From contig NW_005434672.1 in the NCBI RefSeq assembly GCF_000315625.1, forward strand, positions 62,001-126,000: a stretch of 64,000 bases of DNA, read 5' to 3'. Under the pieces are notes generated by a model. The model searched no databases. It worked only from the letters and a program-made list of their open reading frames with translations, and was not told the DNA's origin. Shown in pieces: positions 53,340 through 64,000 of this stretch. Numbering within the stretch: position 1 is the stretch's first letter; every line of letters starts with the position of its first letter. This stretch comes from Guillardia theta CCMP2712. Lineage: Eukaryota > Protista > Cryptophyta. A program made the position numbers and the translations under genes.

Positions 53340-53918
53340 CTAGATCACTCGCTCTGTCTCGCTCCCTCCCTCCCTTGGTTGCTCTCTGTGCTGCCACCCA
53401 CCGTAAGAAAAAAACATCATTGTGTCAAACTGACATCAAAGTTGCCAATCAATGTTTTTTTATTTTTTTCTTCTGATTGATTGTTTTCCTCCTTGTTTGC
53501 TCCGGTTTGCATTTTCCATTTTCAGTCAATAAACTTTCTTGATTGTGAGTTTTTCTCTCTCTCCTTTCAATCAAGTCCGATTGACTCGCCTAGGTTGACT
53601 CTCTCCATGTAAGAAGAGCTACTGACTGAGTCGCTTCTTGACGAGGATGTCAGATACTCGGTGTCCGTCAAGGCTTTGCGGTCAGACTCAGCGAGGACTC
53701 TGCCGCAGTGCTGGAAGGCCGGGCTCTTTATCGCCATTTACTTACATCTTGATTCATTGTCTTATCAACAAACTACTACACATACAACAAACAAACAATC
53801 TGATCATCTCATGACATTGGGTACCTTCACATACATGTACAACCTCTTCAAGCGTTCGATCGTCGACTTCGCGCTTGCATCTGCGAGCCGTCAAGGAATT
53901 ATCAGCATCGCTGTCATG

Positions 53919-56050
53919 TCAAAGCACCTGAAGCTTCTCCTTGGTCACCCTGGCGTCGTAAAGCTGAGCAGGCGATGGTCCGCGATGGTTGATGGTGGGT
54001 AGTCCCCATCCGCTCTCGCGCTTATCAGAGAAGAGCATGGGAGGACAGCTGGGAGAGCGATGGGAGTCAACAGCCTCCTGCTCGCCGTCTGGTCGCCCGT
54101 GCATGGCTTGAAGATGCTTGAGCTTCGCCTGCAGGTCGAGCCTCTCCTGGCATTCTCGCTGGACGATGTTTCTGAGAGCAGCGATCTCGTCCTCCTTGAG
54201 CTTGAGCTTTGAGCTGATGCTGTGAAGAGAGTCTTCCATGCTCATGACGAGGGACGACAGCTCTGTGTTCCTCCTGCTCTGATCGTGCGATCGCTCTTCC
54301 TCCAGCTCCTCGATCTTCTTCTGCAGCTCTTCTACCTGATTCAACAGCTCACGCTCTCTCTCTTGCGCCTCCTGCATGTTGCGGTTGAAACTGACTCGCT
54401 GCTCGCGGGCTTCTGAGGTCAACTCCTCGATCTTTAGCAGGAAAGCCTTCTCGTGATGCGCGCTGTCTTCTCGAATCTTCTGCGCCTGAGACTCTAATTC
54501 GAACCTGACAAGGCGTGAGAAGGAGGAGAGGAGACAAAGGGAAGGCTCTCACCTCAACCGTTCTCCGTCCTTCAGCCGCTGCTCATACATCTCCCTCTCC
54601 ATGGTGGTCAGCTTGTCTCGCCATTGCTTGTCCGACGCCAATCTCGCTGCCTTCTCAGCCTAGCACGGAGTGAGGGGAATGAACATGCCTTGATGCATAT
54701 TCACCTGACTCTTTGCCTTTGCAATCTGTTTCTGGTAGAAGTTTTCGAGCTCGCTGATTCGAGCCTTGTGCACCTCCCGCTGTTGATGCGAACACGTTAG
54801 GCAGTCGGAGCTCCCGGACAGACGACCTGCTGCTTCACTTCCTCTTCCAGCTCCTCCACGCGTTTGTTCAGCACGGTCTGCGAATGCACTCAGCCAAAAA
54901 CTTCCAGCAGTTGGCAGAAGATACCAGAGCGGCTTTGTCGGCTTTTAAGGCATCTGCAGCCCTCTTTCTGTTTTGATTCTCCATGGTCTTCCGCTCGTGG
55001 GTTTCCTGATCTCAGGTGTGAGTGAGGAGTCAAAGAAAAACAACCTGTAACCTCTTGTGCATTCTTGAGGTCTTGTTCCAGCACCTTGATCGCAGATCTC
55101 AACTCCTCCTGCAGTGATGGAAAAAGTCAAAGTCAACCATGTGATCAGATCATGCCGACCTTCTCTTTCGCAGCTTGAGAATCAGCAGCACGCATCTCCT
55201 GAGCACTCTTGTCTATTTGTGACTGCAACTGCTCAATCTTCCTCTGCTGCTCCTCAATCTCCCGCCTCAGTTTCGCCGTCTCTCGCTCCGCGTTGGTTTT
55301 GGTGGTTTTGATCTCGTTCTCTAAACTTCCTCTCCTCGTCGCAAGGAAGGCGTTTGCCTTCTCCAGCTCATTCATCGCTTTGTTCACTTCAATCAGTCTC
55401 GATTTGTTATTCTGTAACTCATTGCTTGATGTTGACTCCGATTGTTGCAGCATTGCAATGATGCTGTCTTTGTCCCGGTCGCTTCGTATGACGCATCGTA
55501 TCTGATCCTCAAGCTCTAACTTGTCGTCAACCCCCCAGTCTTTCATGACATCTCTCAACCTTTGAAGAGCTTCGGCATGATGCATGCTCTCTGCAACAAG
55601 CTTGCTGTTCTCCTGCTCTTTCTTAGCCATCCGTGAGCCAAGTGATGCGAGCTCGGACCTCAAGTCGTTCAGCTGGTCTACAGATTCTGATAATTGTTCG
55701 CCCTGAAGCTTCGAAATCTGTTCAACACACGAAGAGATGGACGAGAAGCAGTCAAAGAACAGCTTTCTTGCATCCTTCAAACTGCTCGCAACCCCCTGCC
55801 GGAGGTAATGATGGTCTGCAGCAAGCTTGGTGATGGAAGCATGGAGCTTAGGAACGAAACGTTTGTGTCGAAGATTCTCGACCACCAACTTTTCGTTTTG
55901 TATCTGAAGACTTTCTTTTTCTCTTGATACCTTCACGATGTCGTCCATCCCGTGCGCCATCAATGCTCCCTAAGGCCTGTCTCACTTGAAGAAAAACTCT
56001 TGTAGACTCAGTCGCGCCATCGTCTATGATGCCTTGAGATCATCGTACTG
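53919..56050 (-). CDS. Long coiled-coil protein, possibly LEKR1-like (multi-exon)
   Basis: Continuous heptad exons; LRNIVQRECQERLDL recalls the LEKR1 C-terminal motif (from memory, unverified). Start uncertain. Confidence 0.55.
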
Positions 56051-56294
56051 CCTTACCTCTGATCGAGATCAAACGGAATGTTCCGTCACTCTCCCTCTTC
56101 CTCCCCTCCTCCCTCCAGCGCCCCCTCGCTCGTCGCTCCGGAGGTAGCCTGCATTTTCGGCAGTTAAACCTTTCACCCAGGTACGAGCCCGCCTCATGGA
56201 CCGTCCTTTTGTCTCAACAAAGTACCCGTACTTGGCTGAGACAGGAAGCTGATGGTAGTGGGGGTACAGGTTTGAACGGTCTGAGGGGCGAAAA

Positions 56295-57236
56295 ATGAAG
56301 TCGCCAGGAGAAGGCAAGATGTTGGAGGTGTTGGAGGAGCACGACATGGACGAAGAGGACCTGAAGCTGCTTCGAAGCAAGGGAGTGAAGAAAGTTGCAG
56401 ACTTTCATAGAATCTCTGACGTCAAGAGCCTTCAGCTGCCTCCTGTGACGGAGGTGAAGTTGAAAGAGCTGCTCGCGAGTTTGAATGAGGTAGTATGCAG
56501 CCAGTAGAGTTGAAGCGCGGGATGACTGGATTGTTTCGTCAGGGATCAAAGAAGGAAAATGTGCTCTCGAGGGTGAGGAGATCATGGGGTGCCCTCATGT
56601 CTTTCCTGCCCCTGTATACTTCAGAGGACATGACGAAAGGAGCGAGTGGTGAGAGCGAAGACGCGAAGAAACAAGAAGACGCGGAGAAACAAGAGGATCA
56701 GGTGAAGATGATGTGGATCTTACTTGATGCTTATGAAGTCTGCTCTCCACAGCCAATACCGAGCAAGAGGAAAAGGTTTGCTGGAGTTGCAAAACAACTT
56801 GCATGATCTCATTTACGGTATTTTTTGCAAGGGGGGACAAAGGAGGGCAGCCAGAACGAAATGAGGAGCAGGAAGGCGTCAGAGCTAAGAGATCGAGCAA
56901 CAGGAGGAGCGCAGGAACAACAGGAGGGAAGGCGGTAAGCTTTTCTTGCAACGAATGCACAAGGGATATGACTGTGGGGATTACAGCAACGTGGGACTGC
57001 AAGAGCCTCTCGCACGAAGACTAGTGCAAAGACTTCCTTGTCAGGAAGAAGAAAGGTGGAGGTTGCAGTCAAGGAAGAAGCTGTCTTCGAGATGTCACTA
57101 CGACCAAAACGGTAGCAGCCGAAAGATGTGTAGGCAAGATGTGACCATGTCAAACAGATTCAAGAAAGGGTTCTACTCTTTCAAAGACATCGAAAACAAG
57201 GCGTGGAAGAAAGGGAGAGGTAACACCAATGAGTGA
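56295..57236 (+). CDS. Hypothetical protein with SAM-like helical N-terminus (multi-exon)
   Basis: Exons MLEVLEEHDMDEEDLKLLRSKGVKKVADF... and DVTMSNRFKKGFYSFKDIENKAWKKGRGNTNE*. Confidence 0.4.
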
Positions 57237-57264
57237 CTTTGCTATCTTGTGATCTCAAGTGCCT

Positions 57265-60200
57265 TAGGGACTCGCGATGATCCTGTCTTGCTCGATTGAA
57301 ATGCTCGTTACAACTGAACTCCCACCACACGCTGGCGATCCCTCGCATCCGCAGACTTGTCGCTTTCTGCCCTCCTTTCCGTCTGGTGCACCTTCATGGG
57401 CCTCTTGCCGAGGCTTCTGCTCGCTCTGCAAACTCCACCACAAGTCGCTCCTCCTCCTCCCGAACCTGTTGGTTGAACTTTAGGAGGGCAGGGAGTTACG
57501 GAAACAAAGGCAGGAGGAAGGGATCGGTGTGAGAGAGAAAGGAGGACGCGGGTAGATGCTAGGAGACAGTAGAAAGAATGGGAGAGGTAGGACGGAATGG
57601 ATTGAAGAGGGGCAAGGAGAAGGAGGTTGAGGATGAAGAAGAGCAGGGAAGCAGGAGAGGAATGACGAGTGTACCTGCTCCCAAGTGACTAGGGCGACCT
57701 CCTTGCTGTTGGCTCGCTAGAAGCAGGTGAGAGGAGGGAGGAGAGGAAAAGGGAACAAACCAGCTCGTCCCTGAGGTATTCATCGATCTCGATGAGACGG
57801 TTCAGCTGCTCCACCTGAATGTTGTTCACCTTCCTTCTTCCTCCTCTTTCCTCCTCTCCCCTCCTCCTTTCACTCCCGCATACTGCCCTCCCTTCCTGCT
57901 CTTGCTTGCCTCTTCCTCGCACGACCCCTTCCTCTTCTTTTCCCTCTCTTCCACTCTCCCTCATCACTTCTCCCTCCTCTTTCATCTTCCTCCTCCCTCA
58001 CTCCGCCATCCCCTCCTCACCGATCGGTGTGATGGCTCGCAACACCTCAGACCCCAGCAGCCCATCCCGACCGCAACGTCAGCGTCGATCTCGCCCGCGT
58101 GAGCTCCCTGAAGGTCAAGAACGTGAGCGAGTGGAGTCACAGACACTGCAGGTAGACTGATCTGATGGCAAGACGGGGGAAGGAAAAGGATCAGAGCTCG
58201 AGCGCAAGCAAGAGAAGGAGTAGGATGAGAGGAGGACGAGGATGAGAAGCGAAGGAGGAGGAGGAGGAGGAGATGTTCCAGGCGCATCACCTTTCTACTC
58301 GTGAGAACAACTCGCTGGGCTCGAGGTCTGCAAGCAACCGAAATATATTAGAGAAGGAATAGATCAGGAGAGGAGCAGCTGAAACAGAAAGAGGAGGAGC
58401 TTGATCTGAAGCACAACGAAGTAGAAGGCAGAGGGTGGGGGGAGAAGAGGGGACGGGAAAAGAGGAGGAGAGAGGGGAAGAAGAGGCAACAGACTTCAGC
58501 AGCGTGAAGATTGTTCCATAATCCAAGAGGTCTGTCAAAGTTCCGAGCTGCCGACGGAGCAGTCAACATCGAGGTAAAGAGGAAGGAACATGAGTCTTGC
58601 TCTCTCTCGTCCTTCTGACCCCTGTTCTGCTCCCTCTCGCTCGCGCTCTCGCTCGTGCTCTCACGTGCGTCCTCCGGCTGTACTTGCCTCCTATCATACC
58701 ACCTCCTCTACTCGACCATTTCTTCTCACTCCACCTGCTCCAACCTCCTCCTCACGCGCACCTTCTCCGGAGACATCACGGCTCCCATCGCCCAGCCCTC
58801 CGCCACGCCCGACCGGAAGAGATCCGGATCATCTTGAAAGAGCTCCTCCCCCAGCAACATGACCTGCAGCCTTTACTCATCTTCTCCCTCTACTCCTCCG
58901 CCTGCCCCTACATCCCTCCCTGTCAACCAGCATCCCCTCTGTTTCTGCTCATTCCTTCTGAAGCTAACTCCTCAACTGTCTTCTCCTGCCTGTTCTCTTC
59001 CCTTATCTTCCCCAGCAAACATCTCACCTGTCTTGAGGACAGGTTTTCCACCACCTGGAAGTATCTCAGCGCACAACATCATACTCCTATCCTCGTACCT
59101 CTCTAACTTTCCTCCAGGTCTCGTAGTCTGATGACGCGCAGGCGTCTTCGATGCAGTCTACAAACGGATACTTGCTGAGCAGCTGCCCATGTTTTCGTCA
59201 GTTTCCTCCTTCCTTGCTCTAGTCCCACCTGCTCTATCCACGGGGCCCAATTGTCTGCCTCCACCGCCTCCTCTTCCGGCTTGTACGTGTACGTCCCGTT
59301 CTGAGGAGATGCCCGTCACTGTTAGCCCCTCGCTCCTCTCCTCACCTCTCCAGTGTTCGCCACGAAGTAGTTGTTTGCTCCGAGGTTCACCGCCACACCC
59401 ACGTCCCCTCCCAGCTCGACACCAGCTTGAGAGGAGCACTCTTGCAGCAGCTGCATTACCTGCCCACCAGTCAAACTCTCCCCACACATCCCCCAGCTGA
59501 CCTCTTCCAAAGAAGCAGCAGAAGTGCGGTAGAATCCTGCGTCGTCCGGCTTGAACGCAGCAGCCTCTCCCTCCTGCAGGTCGTACACAGGTTCAGATCT
59601 GCTCTGCTCTGCTCTGCTCTGCTCTGCTCTGCTCTGCCCCAGAATCCTCAGCCCCTTCTGCTTCAAAATTGCCCTCTCATGATACTTTCGCTTCTCAGGC
59701 CTCACCTGCACTGACTTGGACAGTATGACACTCCCAAGAGCCTTATACACTGCAATCATCTTGGTAATGTTTTCTCTGCCAACACAGTCATCCACTTGTA
59801 CTCAGTATACGATCGCGGTCGGCGCAAGGAGGAGGAGCAGACAGCAGGTACAGACCTCATCGGTCTATCATGTTTCCCGATGAGCCAGAACGAGTTGAAC
59901 GGCAACTGCCAGAGTCCCTTAGGAAGAGGCCACGAGCCAACGGTCATCACCTTGCTTTCCTTGAAACTTGACCGTCCAGCGATCGCTGGGAAGAACGGGA
60001 CAGGCAGCTTGACTGCTCGCAGAATCAGCCACCTCTTCTCGCAGGATCCACATGCTCACTCGTGATCTCTGGCTTCTTCCCATCCTCTGCATCCTCATTG
60101 CTCTGCTCTCCTTCTCTCCCCTCTTCCCCCTCCTCTCCCTTGCCCTCCTTTTCATCCTGGTTCTTTTCCTCAAGAAGAAACCCTCCTCCCAGGGCCTTGG

Positions 60201-61213
60201 CTCCTTCTTGTTCCAGTTTCTGCAATCACGATGAATGAAACAGCATGCAGGTTCATTATTGAGCACCTTCACGGAGTTTGCTATGATCTCAAACAACTGT
60301 TTGTCCAAGAGATAAGACGATGATTTGGCAATGGAGAAGGATAGGAAAGACTTCGGCGCTTGACCGATCTGCCAAACAATGTTCATTTCCTTGACGCCTT
60401 TTACACCGTCTCAGTCACATGTGAGATCTGATTGTCGCACTCTCTCGTGTTGCAGATATTGCACCCTGATAGCCCTTGAGAGATCTCCTGATTCAGAGAG
60501 GATGAGCCAATTCTTCGGTTTGAGGAGGCCCTATCACCTGGTTGATGCGATCCACGATCTTGCTACATTGTTCTTCAGGTGATGTCGCCTCGTCCTCCTG
60601 TAGCAAGCAGCTCACTCTCAGGTCGCGTTCGACGGTTCTCACATTTTGATTTTCCTCGCCTTCCTTGCTCTTCACAAATGTCATCTCTCCTACAACAGTC
60701 GCGATCTTTCTTGTTTCATTGTTGTAAAAAATCTTCAAGGTTACAATGAAAATCGAAAGCCGTGTCAGCCACTGTCTCCCTCCACTCGCTTCTTGTCACC
60801 TCAATGGTCAGCTTAATCGCCTGCTGAAGCTGCTGGTCCATCACCCTCGACGCTCTCAGCGACAGAATTTCTCCATTTCTCTTGGACAATCTGGAGAAGA
60901 AGCAAGCAAGTGACGCAGCAGGATCCTTCGACCTCGCAGCCACTGCCTGGAGCATCACAAGCAGTAAACGTGCATCATCATCGAGGTACAGCCATGCCCA
61001 CCTGGTTCACTGCAGTGGCAAGCAGAGAGTCGATCGAATGTTCTTTCAAGTACCTTTGAACCCAGAAGGGATTGGGAAGAGGCATCAGCTTCGCTCTCCC
61101 TTGACGGGATTCTGTAGTTGCCGGGGTCAGTATCCCGACTCTCTTCGCAGAACTATCCAGTTGTCTTCTCTCAAAGAGATCCCTTGCTGTTCCCATATAC
61201 CTCTCTTCGCCAT
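57265..61213 (-). CDS. Degenerate enolase-like protein (ENO4-like) with N-terminal RIIa/Dpy-30-like helix pair (many exons)
   Basis: YLKEHSIDSLLATAVNQ|AVAARSKDPAASLA; ASRVMDQQLQQAIKLTIEV (cf. AREILDSRGNPTVEV); AGVELGGDVGVAVNLGANNYF (cf. IALDVAASEFY); ADVAVGMG; EQLNRLIEIDEYL (cf. KYNQLLRIEEEL). Confidence 0.72.
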
Positions 61214-61595
61214 GAAGTTTCTTAGCGTGTTCTATTGCAGCTGTCCTTCTCACAGCATCTACATCTTACACTGTCAATCTCATCCATCTCGCACTCATTC
61301 CTCTGTCTATCATCCTTCATCGCTCAACTGTTTCTCCCTGCCTCCGTTGTGCTCTCCTCCCCTGTCCTGAGACCACCATTGGAGCCAGTCAAGAAATGTT
61401 GGCGATCATGGGACTGCATGGCTAGTGATCGTAGTGATCGGTGCTCCAACGGCTTGTGGGCAAGGAGGGGATGAGGGATCTGCCTTGGGTTGATTCAAGG
61501 CCCACTGGCACCCACCGAGTCGGCGGGTGACCGCGGCGCCGAACCGTAGGCTTCGCCGGGGAACCGGTAGCGGGCCGTAGCGGCCCGGGAGTCCG

Positions 61596-61868
61596 AAGCG
61601 ACCATACTCAGATACCGTACACGACTTCTTTACTCAAAGTTAAGTTAAACACGGCTCGAAGCAGGGAAACCGTACCTTGAAGGACTGCCATGATCAGCCA
61701 CAACTTGAAGAGGGAAACGGTCCGTCCCGCCGGCCGCGCACTACCGTACGGTACCGTTTCCCTCTTTGTGGCTGATCAGTCCTTCAAGGTACGGTTTCCC
61801 TGCTTCGAGTCGTGTTTAACTTAACTTTGAGTAAAGAAGTCGTGTACGGTATCTGAGTATGGTCGCTT
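61596..61868. repeat. Long inverted repeat / foldback (MITE-like) element
   Basis: Arms 61596-61721 and 61753-61868 are reverse complements apart from one mismatch and two 5-nt indels; 31-nt loop; no target-site duplication seen. Confidence 0.92.
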
Positions 61869-62436
61869 GCGTGACGGTGGTTGGAGTAGCGGTTTTCGCT
61901 GCCTCCTTCGTTTCCTAGTATTTTATTGAGGCGGGTTTGTAGGCTTTATCTCAGTCGGCTCGTCCTTCTTTGCTCCCGGTCCGGTTTCAAGCTTTCAAGG
62001 CTTCAAGTTTTCAGTCCGACAATAAAAGGCTGGCAACTTTTACACTGTCGCACATGATCAGCACAGGCCGGCCCTGGCCCCGCGAAGTAGAGTTGTTCCG
62101 GTGCCGCAGTGCCACCGTCACCGTGGCAACCTCGGAGTGAGGCTTGACCGTCGGACTCATCGGGTGCCCGGCAAGGCCCGGCGGTGAGCCTTAGACGGTC
62201 AGGCCCTGAGTCGCCGCGGCCCGTCCGACGGTCCGACCGTACCGGTCGGAACTTCGGAAGTCACCGTAGTGACCCGGGCCCGGGCCGGGTGGCAATCATT
62301 GATGGCATGGAATCAAGGCAGCAGTATCATAAGTTTCAATAGAGTTAATAAGCAAGCATCACGATTAAAAAAGGTAAACTACCGCAAATCCGACGCTGTA
62401 AATTACATTATGGCATGCCCACTGGCATACAGCAAT

Positions 62437-63489
62437 CTAACAACAAACTTCGTCAAAGTTTGATACATCGTCCTGAAAGATGTCCTCGACATCCTTCGCA
62501 CTCGCAGCAAGGAAGTCATTCCTTGCCCACAACGAAGAGCTCAAAGATCCGCTCCTAGAAAGAGCAGTAGGAAAGTTTGCCAGATCCATAGAGCTTGCGT
62601 CGCATGTCTCCTGCAGCGCTTCTAAGTACACTGAGTTGTCGTTCGCGCTGGCGTCTGGAATCAGCAAAGAGAATCCTGACATATCTTCTGTAGCTAAGCG
62701 ATCCTGCGCTATTTGCACTTCTGGCTTCTCCTCGTTGACGGCTTGTGATGAGCCAGGTTCAGGCTTGACTTCGGCCTGCGCGTTGGAGGGGGTCTGCTCT
62801 TCGCTGTTGGTTATCTCGATTGACGAAAGGGGTGACTGTGCATCAGATTGTTCCTCCTGCTTGGCTTGGACATCCTTGCCATGAACACAAAGCCTTCGCT
62901 CTCTGTGGCGACGCTGAGCCTCTCGGTTCTGCCTCCTTCGCTTCTCCTTCCTCCACTCCTCAAGCGTCATCGTCTCTGGTCGAATGTCAAGAAAATCGTA
63001 TCGGGTATAGTCCTCAATGTAGCAGCTGCTCCTCTTCCTGTCCATGCACTTGGAGAAGGCATCTGCGTTGCAGTCTGCTTTGCCACGCCCTGGAATCCAA
63101 GAGGACGAAGGCGCAGAGCGAGAATCCGGACCAAGCTTCTTGGACGCGTTGTTAGGATCGCTCATCAGCTCAGTGACCCTATGCTTCAATGCATTGTTTT
63201 CCGACCTGAGACGCTCGATCTCGCCTTCAGCCACGGCGATACGCTGCAACAAGGCCTCGTTGTGCGACACAACCGCGGTCAGGTTCGATTCTAGCCGCTG
63301 CACGTACGACCGTGCTTGATCCCTTGACTTCTTGGCAGCGAGACGGTTCTTGATGGTACGAACACGGTTCTTGATTTCTTTAGCTGAATCATCTTCAGGG
63401 GTTTCTGCCTCATCGCCCTTTTTCTGATTTTTCAACAGCATGCTGAGCTCCTGCTCCAACAACTCGTGTGGTTGGCAAGGCTTCCTCAT
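62437..63489 (-). CDS. bZIP transcription factor with a second basic region (5' exon(s) probably upstream)
   Basis: RVRTIKNRLAAKKSRDQARSYVQRLE plus leucine heptads; second basic motif KRRRQNREAQRRHRER. Confidence 0.85.
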   Translation of the reverse strand: MRKPCQPHELLEQELSMLLKNQKKGDEAETPEDDSAKEIKNRVRTIKNRLAAKKSRDQARSYVQRLESNLTAVVSHNEALLQRIAVAEGEIERLRSENNALKHRVTELMSDPNNASKKLGPDSRSAPSSSWIPGRGKADCNADAFSKCMDRKRSSCYIEDYTRYDFLDIRPETMTLEEWRKEKRRRQNREAQRRHRERRLCVHGKDVQAKQEEQSDAQSPLSSIEITNSEEQTPSNAQAEVKPEPGSSQAVNEEKPEVQIAQDRLATEDMSGFSLLIPDASANDNSVYLEALQETCDASSMDLANFPTALSRSGSLSSSLWARNDFLAASAKDVEDIFQDDVSNFDEVCC

Positions 63490-64000
63490 TCCTACGGAGT
63501 TCTGATGTAAGAGAGCCAGCTTGGCTTTTTTCTTGTTTCAGTGGATGTTTTTTCTCGAAAGTGATCAAACACTTCTATGGATTCTGTCAAGGGGAGTCCC
63601 TCGGTACTTGCTCGCTGCGAATCTCTTTTCGAACTGTCGCGCCAACCGATCAATGTCAAGGTCCACTCAAGATCTACAAACCAAGAGTCTATCGCCAGTG
63701 CTTGCAATACTAACTATCTCCTGAAGCTGTTGCAGGTCAGTCTGTCCCTGTATCTTGTGTTTCTGCTGGACACACTTTGTTCGTGTGGGTCGCGATGGTC
63801 CTCTGCCTACTGCCCTCGGTCGTCGCGTTTTTATACCGGATGCCCCATGTGGCTCTAAATCGAAGCGCCCTATCACCCCACCCTATGGCAAATCGTCCAT
63901 GTTGAATCTTACACCCACCACCCGGGTCTTCCCCCTGCCACCTGTATTCTCCTGACCGGGTTTCCGTAATTGAAGTCCAGTAGATGGTGGGGTAGTGAGT

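Noticed and set aside
63281-63298. GGTTCGATTC tRNA T-loop-like motif
   Set aside because: Lies within the bZIP CDS on the antisense strand and no cloverleaf forms around it.

Overview
Gene-dense, intron-rich eukaryotic nuclear DNA with many ~45-55 nt spliceosomal introns and (GGA)n/(CCT)n/(GGAGCA)n microsatellites. The style suggests a cryptophyte such as Guillardia theta; this is inference, not verified. Recognisable multi-exon genes: YKT6 (R-SNARE), TBCCD1, a TLDc/MEAK7-like protein, DRC3/LRRC48, EDC4/Ge-1/VARICOSE, a family-3 O-methyltransferase, a degenerate ENO4-like enolase and a bZIP factor, plus several hypothetical proteins. The ORF track misses three identical 167-nt U1 snRNA genes on the minus strand (18287-18453, 20002-20168, 21921-22087), each with an identical 69-nt upstream block containing a plant-USE-like motif. 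The least explained signal is non-coding. GC-rich islands built from a small vocabulary of short words (TGAGTC, CAGTGAC, CCGTAC, GGCCCGG, TTCAAG) recur at gene 5' ends, some share TTTGAGTAAAG, and one contains a 273-bp near-perfect hairpin whose arms differ by two 5-nt indels. A second island class is rich in TACCC/GGGTA. Exon boundaries were read by eye, so gene ends are approximate.
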